Of a DNA stretch of 64,000 bases, positions 25,205-38,489 are shown piece by piece. How positions within the stretch are numbered: position 1 is the stretch's first letter; each line of letters starts with the position of its first letter. Both the position numbers and the translations under genes were made by a program. The stretch comes from Botryllus schlosseri (lineage: Eukaryota). The stretch covers positions 26,724,001 through 26,788,000 of the forward strand of contig CM119371.1 in assembly GCA_051294905.1 (NCBI GenBank). Direction: 5' to 3'. A model generated the notes under the pieces. It saw nothing but the letters and a program-made list of their open reading frames with translations. It did not search any database and was not told the DNA's origin.

Positions 25205-28200
25205 TAGGGTTGTTCAGAATTGACCGACTTTCAAAAAGTATAGGTTTTCAGTCCGTTTCCCATGCCTTATACCTTAAAAACAAATTCTGGCAACTTTTTT
25301 TTGTAATTCATCCCCTGCATCCGTGTGCATATTGCCGTTTTTTCATGCACCTAAAAATTTAATCCGAATTAGGGGATTCCCCCATTGTCAGTGACTCGAC
25401 AGGAATGGCCTGTGTTCTCATTGACGTGACGCGTATGTTGTAGCGTTGATGAAGCGCTGAGCACGGCTGTGAAACGGGAATCATTGATTAGTCAGGTGCC
25501 TTGCTGCTTTGTTGTTGATGGACTGTGTTTACGATTGAGGTGCAGGACTTATCAGGCGGCGTTTTGACTCATGTTATTAGCGAGTTTAGCGCGTAATTAG
25601 TGAACATAGTATTATAGCAGTGTACAACTATTTGATATAATAGACCTGATACTCTTTTCCTTTCTACTGGGATAGAAACAAAGCTTGCAAATGTATATTC
25701 CAGTGACTGGGGAAAACCGCCAGTCGGTTGCTCTAATTTTTTGTTATATCCCAAGATATCAATATACTGGTATGAGTTTTTCCAATTTAGGAATAATTAT
25801 CTTTGATAATCTATAACTGGATCTAATCTGGCTACTCCTGTGAAAGTTATGCAGTATGTGTTCGACCTAAAACTCTAAAAGAACTGAAATGTTTTCCACT
25901 ATTCTTTGTTGCTTGACTGAGTTTATGTATATCTGTTTTTCTAGGATTAGCTGTAGTGCGAAATGTCTGAAAAAAAAGAAAATCGTCATCTAGTGCAGCA
26001 GTACCGAAGAAAACTAGAAGAACACGATCGCAGGCACAGCATTTCTTAGTTGGGCCATCTGAGGAAGCCATTACAGGATCGAAGTTGCCCACTCTGAGGC
26101 AAGTTATGCAATATGTGCTACACCTGAGAGAGCATTCATTTTTAAAAAATGAACCAGTCAAGTCACACATCCAGATCGCAGTAGATGAAGTGATCGGTTT
26201 TTGGTTACTTGCTGGCATAAAGACTATCACAAAAGTCAATGCCACTAAAAGATTGGAAACAGTGTGGAAACAATGGCTGTCACTAAAGAAAACTGCAGGC
26301 CAGAAATATGTATCAAAAAAACAAAGCGACTTTGAAGCCAAGCTGAGTAAGCTATGGGATATAGGAGCCCCTGACGCGATAGCGACAATTGAAGCAAGTA
26401 GACTTCTTTCTGACGATAAAAAACGTGAAGACATAGCATTTTATCAGGATCAAAGGGGTCCGAGATTAGCAACGATCGGTGGCAAAGATAAAGTGTTGAA
26501 AGCGAAAATCATGCAACAAAAGAGACGGACCATGAGTGCAAGAGAGTCTGCACCAGCATCAAGTAGCGAAGGTGAATTTACAGAGAGCTCATCTATATCT
26601 TCACAGGTAGCTGAAACTTCTCACAGCACTGATTTTGAACTTGCACAGTCGACATCTGGTCATTCCGCTAAATTTGTGACTCTAAAAGCGCCTGTAAACC
26701 TATTCAGCGACGAAGACCTATGCCAGGTTTTTGATCGCTTGAAAGTCAGTGATAATGCCGCTACCATGATAACTGCAGCACTGATTAAAGCTTGCGATGG
26801 CAACCCTAATGACTTCCATCTTTCAAGATCTGGAACCTATCGATGGCGCATTGCAAATCGTTTGCAAATTTCCGAATCTATCTTTGAAAAAATATCCACC
26901 AATCCACCAGAGCACATTGCATTGCACTGGGATGGAAAGCTCACCAAGAGTCGTCTAGGAGATCAATTCGAGGCCTTGGCAGTGCTCGCATCGTCTGCGT
27001 ATTCCGGCGCATTTAAGAAAGGGAAACTTCTTGGCATTCAAACTCTGGAAAGTGCTACAGGAAAAGCACAGGCTGATGCATCATTTGAACTGCTGGAACT
27101 TTGGAATTTAACAAAATCTGTTAGAGCTCTTGTGTTTGACACAACATCCTCAAACAGTGGTAAAAACAAAGGTGCGGTTCCGTTACTAGAAGAATTGATT
27201 AACAGGAAAGTTTTCTACAATGCCTGTCGCCATCATATTTATGAACTGGTCATTCGAGAGGTTTGGAAGTGTTTGTTTGGATCGACAACCACAGGCCCAG
27301 AAAACACGGATTTTAATACCTTCAAGAAGAAGTGGAAACATATTGATAAATCAAGAAGCTATAAAACGCTGAAGTTTATTGAAGGCAGCTGGTTGGCGAT
27401 GAAAGCTGATGAAGCAAAGCAAGAAATAATTCCACTGATGAAACCCTATGATGGAAAGCAGAAAGAAGTCTTGATAAGAGATGACTACAGAGAATGTGCA
27501 ACAGGCACCTTGGCAATTTTGGATGACAAATATGTTGATCATCGTTTTCGCAAGCCTGGTGCTACTCATAGCGCTAGATGGATGAGTCAAGTCCTGTACT
27601 GTCAAAAAATGTTCATGTGGAGTGAGCAAATGGACTATTCTGAAGAGTTCCTTGAAAAGTTGGAACGAATCAATACATTCATTGCTTTGTTTTATGTTCC
27701 AGCTTGGTTGAAAACTGGTATTGCATGTGACGCACCTTGGAATGATCTCAAGTTCCTTCATGACATGAAAAACTTTTCATTATGCGATCTCACTGTTGCT
27801 GATGTGGCATACAAGAAATTGCGAAAACATCATTGGTATCTAACTGAGGAAATGGTGGTATTTACCATGTTCTCGGCTAATCCAAAGATTCCTGACAAAG
27901 TGAAGGAAGCGATGGCTGCTAAATTGCTGAAAATGCCAATCCCTGAACAATTTCGCAGAGGTATACCTCTCAGTCTGATCTCTGACTCTGTCTCTGAGTC
28001 AATGAGTATGGTCGATTTGATTGGGCCAGAATCGTGGTTTCTATTTGATGCTATACATGTGGGACATGATTGGTTGAGTATTCCAGTTTTGGAATGGCAT
28101 ACTGATCCGGATTTCGTGACTGCTCAAGAATTTGTGAATAGTGTTGAGGTAGTTAATGATGCAGCAGAGCGTATGGTAAAATTGAATACCGACTATGCTG

Positions 28201-28840
28201 CGTTCATAACGGATGACAAAAAACAGCGAGCGAGCCTCCTACAAGCCGTGGAAGATCACCGGAACAGATATGCAGATTTCTCGAAAGCAACCATTTCATC
28301 CACCTGATTTATGTAATATTTTTCCAAGTTGATCTCGTTCTTGCCTTATTTTTTCGTTTCCTGTGACGTTTATTATGTGGCTGTGAGTGGATGTTACATT
28401 TACAGTTGTATTCTTGCACACGGGGATCCAGGAAATTGATGAACAGTGCCGAGTAGGTTTGAGGGGTGTAGGATATGTGATCCAACAAAATGATTATCAG
28501 TTTTAGGTAGGTTTGAGCAGTTCTAAGGCAGTGTGGGACATGGAAATGATATCCTGAACTAGGAATGCCTTATATAGTGGGGTTTTGTAGCAATCCAAAC
28601 CGCAACAGCTGCATAAATCCATTTTATATGTTACTTTAACTGGGCTAGGGAAAATCGTGACACTCAGATTTTAGGGGAATCCCCTATTTTCAGCTGATAT
28701 TCTTCCAGCTCAACATGCACACGGATGCAGGGGACGAATTACAAAAAAAAGTAGCCAGAATATGTTTTTAAGGTATAAGGCATGGGAATCGGACTGAAAA
28801 CCTGGACTTTTTGAAAGTCGGTCAATTCTGAACAACCCTA
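25205..28840 (+). mobile_element. Full-length hAT-superfamily (hATm-like) transposon, 3636 bp
   Basis: TAGGG...CCCTA ends; the first ~35 bp of the TIR are perfect and imperfect TIRs extend ~130 bp; perfect 8-bp TSD ATGTACGT (25197-25204, 28841-28848). Confidence 0.95.
26085..28307 (+). CDS. hAT/hATm-like DDE transposase (740-aa ORF; probable true ATG at 25963 is one base out of frame)
   Basis: Motifs LHWDGK, FDTTSSNSG, ACRHHIYE (CxxH), PGATHSARWM and VVNDAAER; lies between the TIRs. Confidence 0.92.
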   Translation: MPTLRQVMQYVLHLREHSFLKNEPVKSHIQIAVDEVIGFWLLAGIKTITKVNATKRLETVWKQWLSLKKTAGQKYVSKKQSDFEAKLSKLWDIGAPDAIATIEASRLLSDDKKREDIAFYQDQRGPRLATIGGKDKVLKAKIMQQKRRTMSARESAPASSSEGEFTESSSISSQVAETSHSTDFELAQSTSGHSAKFVTLKAPVNLFSDEDLCQVFDRLKVSDNAATMITAALIKACDGNPNDFHLSRSGTYRWRIANRLQISESIFEKISTNPPEHIALHWDGKLTKSRLGDQFEALAVLASSAYSGAFKKGKLLGIQTLESATGKAQADASFELLELWNLTKSVRALVFDTTSSNSGKNKGAVPLLEELINRKVFYNACRHHIYELVIREVWKCLFGSTTTGPENTDFNTFKKKWKHIDKSRSYKTLKFIEGSWLAMKADEAKQEIIPLMKPYDGKQKEVLIRDDYRECATGTLAILDDKYVDHRFRKPGATHSARWMSQVLYCQKMFMWSEQMDYSEEFLEKLERINTFIALFYVPAWLKTGIACDAPWNDLKFLHDMKNFSLCDLTVADVAYKKLRKHHWYLTEEMVVFTMFSANPKIPDKVKEAMAAKLLKMPIPEQFRRGIPLSLISDSVSESMSMVDLIGPESWFLFDAIHVGHDWLSIPVLEWHTDPDFVTAQEFVNSVEVVNDAAERMVKLNTDYAAFITDDKKQRASLLQAVEDHRNRYADFSKATISST

Positions 28841-30032
28841 ATGTACGTACACAGTGTGCCTCACCTGTACAACAACAAAAAACCGATTCGCAGATGTCAA
28901 TCATCCCTGAGCAGGTTTAAATGCAACGGGTCAACGCCTTCTGAAACTAATCAAGTGCAACGATCTCTCACATGATGGTAGAGAAATTATCGGCCGACAT
29001 CGCCTCGTCTGATACGGCCTTTAATGCATTTTTAACACAAAATTTCCCGACGGCCGAATTCACCAAGTACCGAGTTCAGCGGCAACCCATTGATCACTTA
29101 CATGAAGTGGAATAATTCGGGCAACAGAATCATATCTTGCCTAGCAGAAACTTCGTCTTTTTGTGCGAGAGGCTTCTTCGGGAGATGGATTTTGTGAGGC
29201 CATGCACATTTTCTCACGGTATGTCGGAAGCTTTATGAAAACCTTTTTAGAATCGTTGAGGTTCGGGGTCACATAGTTCCCTCGGTCAAGATGGTACCTT
29301 CAAATCAGGGGTGGCCAACCTGCGGCCGTCGACCAGTAACTCAATTAGTACTATGTGCTGGCGGCGGGAAACATGGGTATTTGGCGTCCATTATGGGCAT
29401 GCCTTGGGATGCGGCCGTAGGCTACATAAGTAATCGGAATACTGCCGTGAATAGCAAAACGGTTGCTCCCCCTGCTTTAAACAGATAATGTTGGTAAAAT
29501 TTGTCGCAAAATTCTGACATCCTAGAAGTGAAATTGAAAGAGAGATCAATAGAGCATATGCAAAATACGGTTACCACAGCACTTGAAGTACTGTATGCAG
29601 AGGTGGACAAAGTAGTCAGCCCTGCTACTCAAGTAGAAATTGAGATAACTGTGTAAATATCTACTCGACTACAGACGATTACCCTTGGCAAGAGTGCCAG
29701 CTGAAAATATTTGAGTTCATTTCAATACCGGCATGATGTACAGGTAGATTCCTCGAAAATCTATTCAGTTACCTTGATACGGCTATATCACGTGGTTTTC
29801 AAGAAAATTTGTAAATGTGATGCAAACTTTTCCCGAATCAAATTTATACTTTTCGAAATCCACATTGTGAAAAGGACTTTTGACAGAAAACGGTTCCAGG
29901 TAGAACTGGAGGTATTCCAAGACATAGCCACCTGAAGAAGTAGTGCAGATAGGCAAAACGTTTACTAATGTATCCTATTATGAAAATGTAGAAATACTTC
30001 GTTCCTGACCACCAGCAACTAAATGTTATGAG

Positions 30033-30894
30033 TAGGGCGATTTTGTAACCTTGAAAACGGACGATTTTGACCTAAAAAATTATTGTTACACTTTTTGACC
30101 AAAAAATTTTGATTTTGATCAGATTTGACCTAGCGTATGAAAATTAGGTGTTTTCCCACATAATGTTAGAATTGTAATACTCATCTTCATTTCTGGTAGG
30201 AACCGTCTGTCCTTACAATATGAAGTAGTTTGGCCTGAAACATAACTTTTTTGCCTCAAAAACTGACAAATTTTTACATGAAAAAACTTTATTTTAACGA
30301 AGACTGGCATTATGAAGAATTCCGAAAGTTACATTCTAACATTACGCATTGTGGTAGAAATAATTCAATACGCATTATGTCAGAAATAATTTAAAAACAT
30401 TTGTAGTACAGCGAAAGATACTTTCCTGCATTCACGGGTAGAAAGTGTCTTTCCCCTCACTAAATAGCTTGCCAAGAATGGAGTAACAGCAGTAGTTTTT
30501 GGCTGACAACACTGAAGTTGTGAGTACACTGCAGGTAACAATAAACCGTGTTGCTTCAGTCTGGCAATGGTGTCTACATCACAATTTTCATCATGCGCTT
30601 CTTGATATAAGAACCATGCAATGCCCACGCAGTCTGGTCTCAGTTGAGATATTGCGATACGCTGAGCATAACACCATGTTTCCTTTGAATGTTTGTTATT
30701 CACAATAAGCAGACAGTGGGCCGTCTACAACGGTAAGCATATGTTACAAGTTTCCAAATGTCAAATGATAAGTTCACGGACAGTGCAAAATCTACGATAC
30801 AAACCAAATGCAGGTTGCAAAAACGTTTCAACTTTTTTGACACTTTTTGACTTGATGCTACAACTCTTTTTGACATGTCAAAAAAATCGATCTA
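30033..30894. mobile_element. hAT-type MITE, same family as 13748-14558
   Basis: Colinear with 13748-14558; TSD GTTATGAG on both sides. Confidence 0.88.
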
Positions 30895-31667
30895 GTTATG
30901 AGCCTCTATCGAAGCGCCAAAAATATGATGGTATGGGTGCTCGCTTACATCTCATTCATTTTTAGAAATTCCTCAATCTTCTGTCGGTGTCAACTGATCT
31001 CTGCATATTAACGCCGAAAACCACGCATCTTTGTCATCCATCAGTTGGTTGTTGTGAAATATATGTGCCTAAGATAACTTGCATAATCAGATGGAGATGT
31101 TTGAGTTACAATTTATACTTCCTGCTTGAGTGAACTATAGCACTTGTACTTGAATAATTGTTTCTGCATAAATGGCATTCACGCATTTATATAGCATATA
31201 TCTTTTGTCCAAACTGTGCAGAACAGAGTATTAATTTTGGTCAGATTAGTTCAAAAAAGTATTGCACTTTGATTATTATGATTGTATCATACAATTTATA
31301 GATATGCCTATTGAATTTTCCTCATACAACTTGCAACTTTGAGTATGCCTCTGGTCTCAACAATTTTGCTGACTCGTTGCCATATCTCTTGAATATATTT
31401 AATAAAGCCAATATCAACCCTGACTGGTGCTTGACCCAACGCTATCACAATATAGTGCAGGTAACTGTAAGTGGTTCTAGTTGGAAGGTTATCACTTGGA
31501 AGTCTTGTTCGTATGACTATGAAAAATATCAAGAAGATCTACCGCTGGACCTGCAATTAGTGATCCCCTCTCATCTCTCAAGTGATGCGAATGAAGGCAT
31601 TTACTACATATATGCTGAAATATATATTTGCAAATCCATTTACCAAGAGGAATTACCATGGTAATAA

Positions 31668-34600
31668 CCCAGGTAGCACGACTACTTGGGTACCACAAGG
31701 TATCAAGGTGAGATGAATTGCGGTAACCAGCTGGGGAAAACAGTCGGAAACCGTACATTTTTGGGCCGATATTATAGAGGTATTTTCTGGGGAACCATGT
31801 GGGTAACCCACTAAGCTGGTAGTGAAGACAATATCACGACCCCGGTCCTTGTAGCAGCAGCAGTAGCACTGACATTGTAAATGGGCCGAGAATTCGAAGT
31901 AGACATATGTGCTAAGGCGATGATAGGTAAACCCTACACCTTAGTTAACTTTAACATTGTATACTGTACAGTACATTAACCTGCTACCGCCACTCACTCA
32001 AACCAATATATACGGCAATCTGAGTATATAATAACCTTTACGGTGGGTGAGTGAGGCTGTCTTCACTGTACCGATTGGCACCGGCTGCAATTTTCGAAAA
32101 ATTTTGCTTCATTTTTCAAAAACGAAAAACTGTACCTTAATGGGATTGGAACACGGGAGCCAAGGTAGCGTTCGAATCAGAACGTCAACGCGGATCCGAT
32201 TGCTCCACTCGCTTTCATTTTGAGCCCTGTGTCTGGCCGCTTATATCAAGAGCAAGCCGAGAATTCGTTGATGAGAAACGTATTACATTTACTGCACTCT
32301 TATAAACCTTAACATGGATATCCGGTGACATGGGCTTTTTGTGAATCATATCGGCGATTAAATCATGATCATGGAGATGGCTCAGTCGATATAATACGCC
32401 CTAATATCGCCATTATCCAATAGATACAGTACTGACGGTTTGCACAATAAACACGCACCAGGCCGCAGAGTGAATGAGTCATCGGCGAGTGAGCGAGTGA
32501 CGCGCGTGTATTTATTAGGTAGCGTAGCCTTCCAGGGCATTTACAAAGCTTATAGAGCACGTAAATGGGTCACTTTAGTATTGATAAACGGAGATTGTCA
32601 AGACCTAACCATGAGGACAAACCACAAACGCATATCTTACTACTACGTAAGGTTTATGACGTTAGTTGGTAGCACTTCATACAAACATGATACACACGTT
32701 TGCGCGGAATACACTGCGTGTAGAATTGGTCTTGTTGCCATATATACATCACTATTAGCTGTTAGTCTGATGTAGATATGATCTTATGGGCATGTACTCT
32801 CCACAGAAACAATCTAAGAATGTCAACTACCGATAAAATTCAGGATATAACACATTATGTTACGGAATACGGATATTCGTCCCTGCGTTTGACACTAGTG
32901 TGGTCGTCTGCAGGGATTCTCTTCACGATTTTCAGAAGCGGCCTTGGGGTGACATAGGCATAACTAATTTTGTTTATTTTGACCTTGAAGGTGGAGATTG
33001 GCTTGTTCTATTGAAAGAGAAAATCCGTAAATGTCTTTCATTACTACAACGTAAGATATATATCGTTATACGACAGCTCTTTGTATATCCTGATGCACAC
33101 TTTTGCGTAGGTATATGCGCTGAGTAATATTGTATTTATTCCGAAATATACTTGACTAGTAGCCATTATTTAGAATCGTATAGGCAACAACTATTCACAG
33201 ACACAATCTATGAAGGTATATCACTATTAGAACTCGATATATATCCGGTTATGTGACCAGTATTCATCCATCTGCTTGAAGCTGGTACGGTAGGCTGCGA
33301 GAATTCTCTTCCCGATTTTCAAATGCAACCTTGGGCGATGCAGACATAACTAGTATAGTTGTTTTAGCAAGAAAATCAGAAGCTGACAAGCGCTATTCAT
33401 AGAAACCAACTACAACAACTGGCTATGACGAATACAACCAAATATACGACAGGTTATATGATGGGTATCGGGAACGCGCGTTTCCGCGAAATGATGCGGT
33501 CGGCGGATATCTTTGTCACGCGGCCTATCACATAGATTTTGAACACCTTATATGTAACTAATATCAGATATGAAGATATGTGTGAACTTGTATGGACACT
33601 AGCTTTTCATAGAAAGAAACAACTATGCTCTAAGACGGCCAGAACAAAACATACAGTACGTTATGTGAGAGTGGTCAATGACGCGCGTTGCCGAGACAGT
33701 GTATTTTGCAACATATTTATCTACGGTATTTGATGTCCGATTTCGACGTCTTAGATATAATATATATCAAATAATATGGTATCAATGAACTTGCACAAGC
33801 AATATCTATCCACAGAAATGAACAGTAGCGACCTAGCACGATTAGAACGGGACATATAGTGGTTCTATTACAGTACGCTTCCCTCGTACCGGCAATGGGT
33901 AAAAATACCCACGCCGGCGCCAAACGGTTAAGTGTAATCGTTGAGTTATATTCTCAACTGAACAAGACACACACAATGTACAATGCGATAAGACACAAAG
34001 TAATGTAATGAACAGATAGGAGGATGCCGACCGACGCGCAGTTGCCGTCTTTTAGACCGACATCTACCTCGGCTTAGAGTGCCCGCCGTCACAGTTACTC
34101 TCTATGTTGATCATTTTCGAGGCCACGGCCCTTGCTAGCGATTTCCATAACTTGTGAGTGCATTCTTTCGTCAAGTCATTCTCGGGTCTGATGTCGCAAG
34201 AAGAGGAGCCCGGACAAACCTCCGAGGGGAGTCGAACCGAGGCCGCCCGATTCTTAGGCGCTTATCGTCACCAGTACCCGAATTCAATTCATATGGAGGT
34301 GGAATTCAATTTGGAAATGTCCCAGCGACCAGCATCGCAAATGAATAAATAGGAAACCGATTATAATACGACTTTACTATATAGATGAACAATCCTTGCT
34401 GTAGGAAAATATAAAAGAAGCATCTATTTTGGAAAACTACTCGGTCACATGTGAGAGCCGTATGAAAAATCGACCCGTCTTCATTGACGAAAATAACAAG
34501 TTCCAACTATTTGATCACAGAAATTTTACGAGTAAAATTGATCCTGAGTTAAAAATAATAGATACAGATAAGGGAGAAAGGTAATGGGATCTACGCAAGA

Positions 34601-35144
34601 AAATTATAACGCACGCTGTGAGGAATTGAGTACTCTAGCAACAGAGATTTAAGTACACCAGTGTGACAAACGGTCAATTTTAAATAGTTCAAATCACATT
34701 GACGAAGTAAAGCATGGCATGGTAATGTTCGATGTTCGAGCAACCAACAGGGATAGCATAATAGCTAGAAAACTTTGCTACATACGGAACCACCCTTATT
34801 ATTCGATGAAATAAACCAAATAACATTGATGGAAAATTAGGTTGGTTCCTGTGTGGGTGATGTATGGGAAATCTGAGCTCCTCTATAAGTGGATTTCTCA
34901 TGTTTCAAGATGATTTGATATCAAAAACTCAACAAGTAAAACTCCCCCGAGTTCAAATTGATAGGTACAATTAGTAGAGACTTATTGCAATCTACCTGGA
35001 TTGGTATGGTATAACCACGCATCTTTATGGATGGAAATCCCGCTTGGTTTCGATGTGGGTTACATGTCACTAACCCATTCCGATTATCCATCCCACCTAA
35101 CCACCTAAATTCCACCTGGATACCAAGTGGGCGTGCTAGCTGGG
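31668..35144. mobile_element. Possible EnSpm/CMC-like non-autonomous element
   Basis: 13-bp TIR cccag(g/c)tagcacg with AA on both flanks; subterminal sequences are only loosely similar. Confidence 0.45.
31980..33927. mobile_element. Possible piggyBac-like non-autonomous element carrying a degenerate ~200-bp array
   Basis: TTAA|CC ... GG|TTAA ends with a weak TIR; the marker ca(c/t)aga..aa.cta occurs at 32802, 33196, 33398, 33608 and 33811. Confidence 0.35.
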
Positions 35145-35183
35145 AACATGCAATATAATCTCTGCATTCAAGCCATGATGGTA

Positions 35184-35509
35184 CACTACAAAAAATAATT
35201 TGTAATTTTGGTCTTAAAGTTAAGACATTGAGAAGATTTGGTCTCATTTTCAGCGAATTTAGTCTCTCTGATGAGGTGAGGTCTTAAAATCGAGACTGAT
35301 TCAGCTTTTCAAGACAAAATTAAATTGTCAAGATTATTCGGTCTTAAAATTAAGACGGATCAAACTTTTTAAGACCATGTTGAATTGTCAAGGTAATGCG
35401 GTCTTAAAATTAGGACTGATTCAGCTTTATAAGACCATATTGAATTATCAAGACGATTCTGTCCTAAAATTAAGACTGATCAAGCTTTTTAAGACCATAT
35501 TTTGTAGTC
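35184..35509. repeat. 60-bp tandem array with internal palindrome, bounded by short CACTACAAAA-type inverted ends
   Basis: gtcttaaaattaagac-like units at 35281, 35341, 35401 and 35461 (plus 35211); ends cactacaaaaaata / tattttgtagtc. Confidence 0.75.
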
Positions 35510-36154
35510 CAAACGATCTCCATTCAGGGTGTTAAAATGAACCCTGACTTCCATAAAAGAAATTCGTCGTCAGTTACTTCCGGCATAGATATTTTTCCAC
35601 GATGAATGCATTCGCAAAATGTCTTCATCAAGCATCAGTAATTCAGAGATAACGGGCCTTTCTGTTAATCGAATCCATTCATTTCCTCTCATAAGCGATC
35701 AAGGGCGTGGAATTCTTGTAACCGATACGCGTCTTGCACCACAGCTTCTAGCTATTCAATAAATTCCTTGAACTTTGCAATTCTCTTAGGTGTGTGACTG
35801 TAGGAATAGGATTCTTGGTGCCAGGCACAGGTCGCATTTGAAAAATTATAGAAACGTCGGATATATTACTTGCCTGATATGATACAAAAGACATGTTGGC
35901 GTAGATATAGCATGATAACGATAACATGCCGGTTACACTGCCTGAAAAACCTTACCGGCAGCAAAATTTGACATCTTAATTTATAAATTGATATCTCATC
36001 ATCAAGAATGACGCACAGAAATCATACCGCGCTAACCAATTAACTTCCTACATCTGATTAGAACACAACTTTTCCCTATGCTCAAGTGGCAGTGAATGCA
36101 TCTGGACGCAGCCTTCCCAAACGGCCGAAGCGGAACGATCGCTAGTGTCTACAC

Positions 36155-37400
36155 CAGTGGTTCTCAACCTTTTCCCCCTCGCGAACCGGTAAAATTTCAA
36201 AAAATGTCTGGCGGACCGGTGGACTTTCAAAAATAAATATGAAGTCAAAATGTAAAGTATGCAACCGTTCTTTGCAATTATATGGTGCTAGAGAGTGACA
36301 TTTAGAGGGTTTTGATCGTAACTAATTATCTTCATGATGGCATCCATGTGATTTTATAGTAGTGAGTCTGTTGAGTCGAGGCAAAATTGCCTTGTCCAGA
36401 TAAACGTGCTACCGCCGAGAGTCGTTTACAGCAGAGGTCACCAAAGCGGTGTCCGTGAGGACTAGATACGTAGCCCTCGAGCCTGTTCTAAAAATAGATC
36501 GAATGGCAGCATTTACCAATATTCGTCAGATTATTACCAGTGGGCATTTCAATATATAGATTGATTGGTTTATCGATTCTTGTTTATATCGCATTAACAT
36601 GTAACTTACAGATGTAACTTACAAATGAGAATATATAAACCCCTAAAATGATGATATCAAATATCGTCAATTACAATTAGTAATTACTAACATGTAATAG
36701 AATCACAAGATATCGAAGCCGTAGGATACGGCGCACTGACTATACATGCAACATGACGGAATGCCATCCATGGCACGGTCTTCCTGAAATGGAAGGGGTC
36801 CGTTATGGTAGCTCGACTTCCAGGAGAATGTAACAGCAGAATAGAAAATTACTATACGGTAGCTGTGTAGCAGACAGCCGTGAAGTACTAGCATATTTTC
36901 AATATCTTCAACATCTTTTGACAAAGCTTGTTTCCTATACATTCAACGCAGTTTAGTACCATGTTTCTAACTTTCTGTAATCGTTGCAGCAGTCCGGTAA
37001 AATGAAATCTGTCATGTCCGCATGCTGAACGGTTGGATATGGATATTGTAACACTGCAAAATGACCTCCACCTCAATGCCCTCCAGGCTGCAGTAAACTT
37101 GTGATGCCTTGCTGACACGGCAAGGCAACCTACGGTGGTGTGTGCGCACTGCGCGGTCCCTTGGAGAACAGTGCGCAACGACTATAAAAAGTCATCACTT
37201 CGGATTTTTTGTGCGCAGAGACCGTTTCAGCACTGCGCATTTGCGCACGTGCGCAGCTTAGAGGGAACATTGTCTGGAAGGCCAAGGATACAGCAAAGTT
37301 GAAGATAATTTTCTCCTCTTCCAATAAACAAGTCGGCAAGACAACTACTGACCTGTTATTGGGGGATACGGACCTGTTATTGAGAGGATATTTGGAATGG
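36155..37400 (-). mobile_element. Decayed hAT (Charlie/SPIN-like) element with transposase fragments
   Basis: cagtggttctcaacc terminus; fragments FTGLLQRLQKV...NCVECI and YRKQALSK resemble the G...RL.....HC..HRQALASK region. Confidence 0.5.
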
Positions 37401-37523
37401 TATTAACGGACGTAATTTCAGAATTGTGCTATTATTGACATTTTGTTAGATTCGACCATATGCGTCGTGATCCAAGCTTAGAATTAATGACCAAAGGTAT
37501 TATAAGCATCAGCGAGTTGCTAC

Positions 37524-38489
37524 CAGTGTTGGGATGACTCGAGTCATGACTTGTTTCGAGTCAGACTCGAGTCACCTTGGACTGGACGTGACTGGACTCG
37601 AGTCACTTTGCTAAAATGACTTGACTTGACTTGACTCGGAGTATCAGAAATGAGGATTGACTCGTGACTCGGAGGAAAATTCACGGGTCAATTTCAAGTC
37701 GTCAAGCAATCGGTGTCGATAAAAATCACTGTATCTTGCTTATGTTCGGATTGTTCGCGAAACGCTGATGTAACCCGTCAGAGCGACCAATCATTCAATG
37801 ATCGTGCGTTTCACTGAGCTTGGATTGTTCTCTCACAAATGAATTGACCGCAAACGAAGTGATCGATGCTTACAGCTTACGTGGTCGTAACTCTGGTAGT
37901 AAAGTAATAAAATAGCCAAATGTCTGTTTCCGTTCTCTGTTCTTACCTTAACCAATAAACCTATTGTTATATTGAAATTATATTCGAATATATAGTTTAT
38001 TTAGTCATCAACCATTGGCGCAAGCTCGAATTGTATCATATCTATTTGTAAACGGGTAATATATTGCATATTTTGTATTCTCCATTTTGGCTGGTAACTA
38101 TAAACTGTGGCTAAGCAATTACGTAATTGAACAGTTTTACGTATATGTGAGGGATACAGCGCCTTCTTGCGTGTATATATAACTCTATATTCGTTCATCG
38201 GTTCGGAAACAATGACCACTCAAACTGTATTTCAGACAGTTGGAAAATTGCAATGACGTAATCATGCCCCATACATACTTCGGAAAAGCAACTTGACTTG
38301 AAATGTGACTTGACTCATGACTTGACTTGACTTGACTCGACTTGACTCGAGTCACCTGCAAAAATAGAGTGACTTGACTTGACTCGTGACACCTTTTGAA
38401 AATCGAATGACTTGACTTGACTCGAGTCAAAATGTGCAATGACTCGAAATGACTCGCGACTCGAAGGTAGTGACTTGATCCCAACACTG
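37524..38489. mobile_element. Complete GACTCGAGTC-rich hAT-type MITE
   Basis: TIR cagtgttgggat / atcccaacactg; perfect TSD GTTGCTAC. Confidence 0.92.

Larger units (their letters stand above)
24261..29020. mobile_element. PIF/Harbinger-like non-autonomous element (~1.1 kb net) split by the hAT insertion
   Basis: 28-bp TIR aggc(t/c)gtatcagacgaggcgatgtcggc; 3-bp TTA on both flanks. Confidence 0.8.

Noticed and set aside
25847..27761. Minus-strand ORFs of 195 aa and 136 aa
   Set aside because: Antisense shadows of the transposase ORF.
35211..35500. CRISPR-like regularly spaced palindromic repeats
   Set aside because: The sequences between the palindromes are also similar to each other (no unique spacers), there are no cas genes, and the context is eukaryotic.
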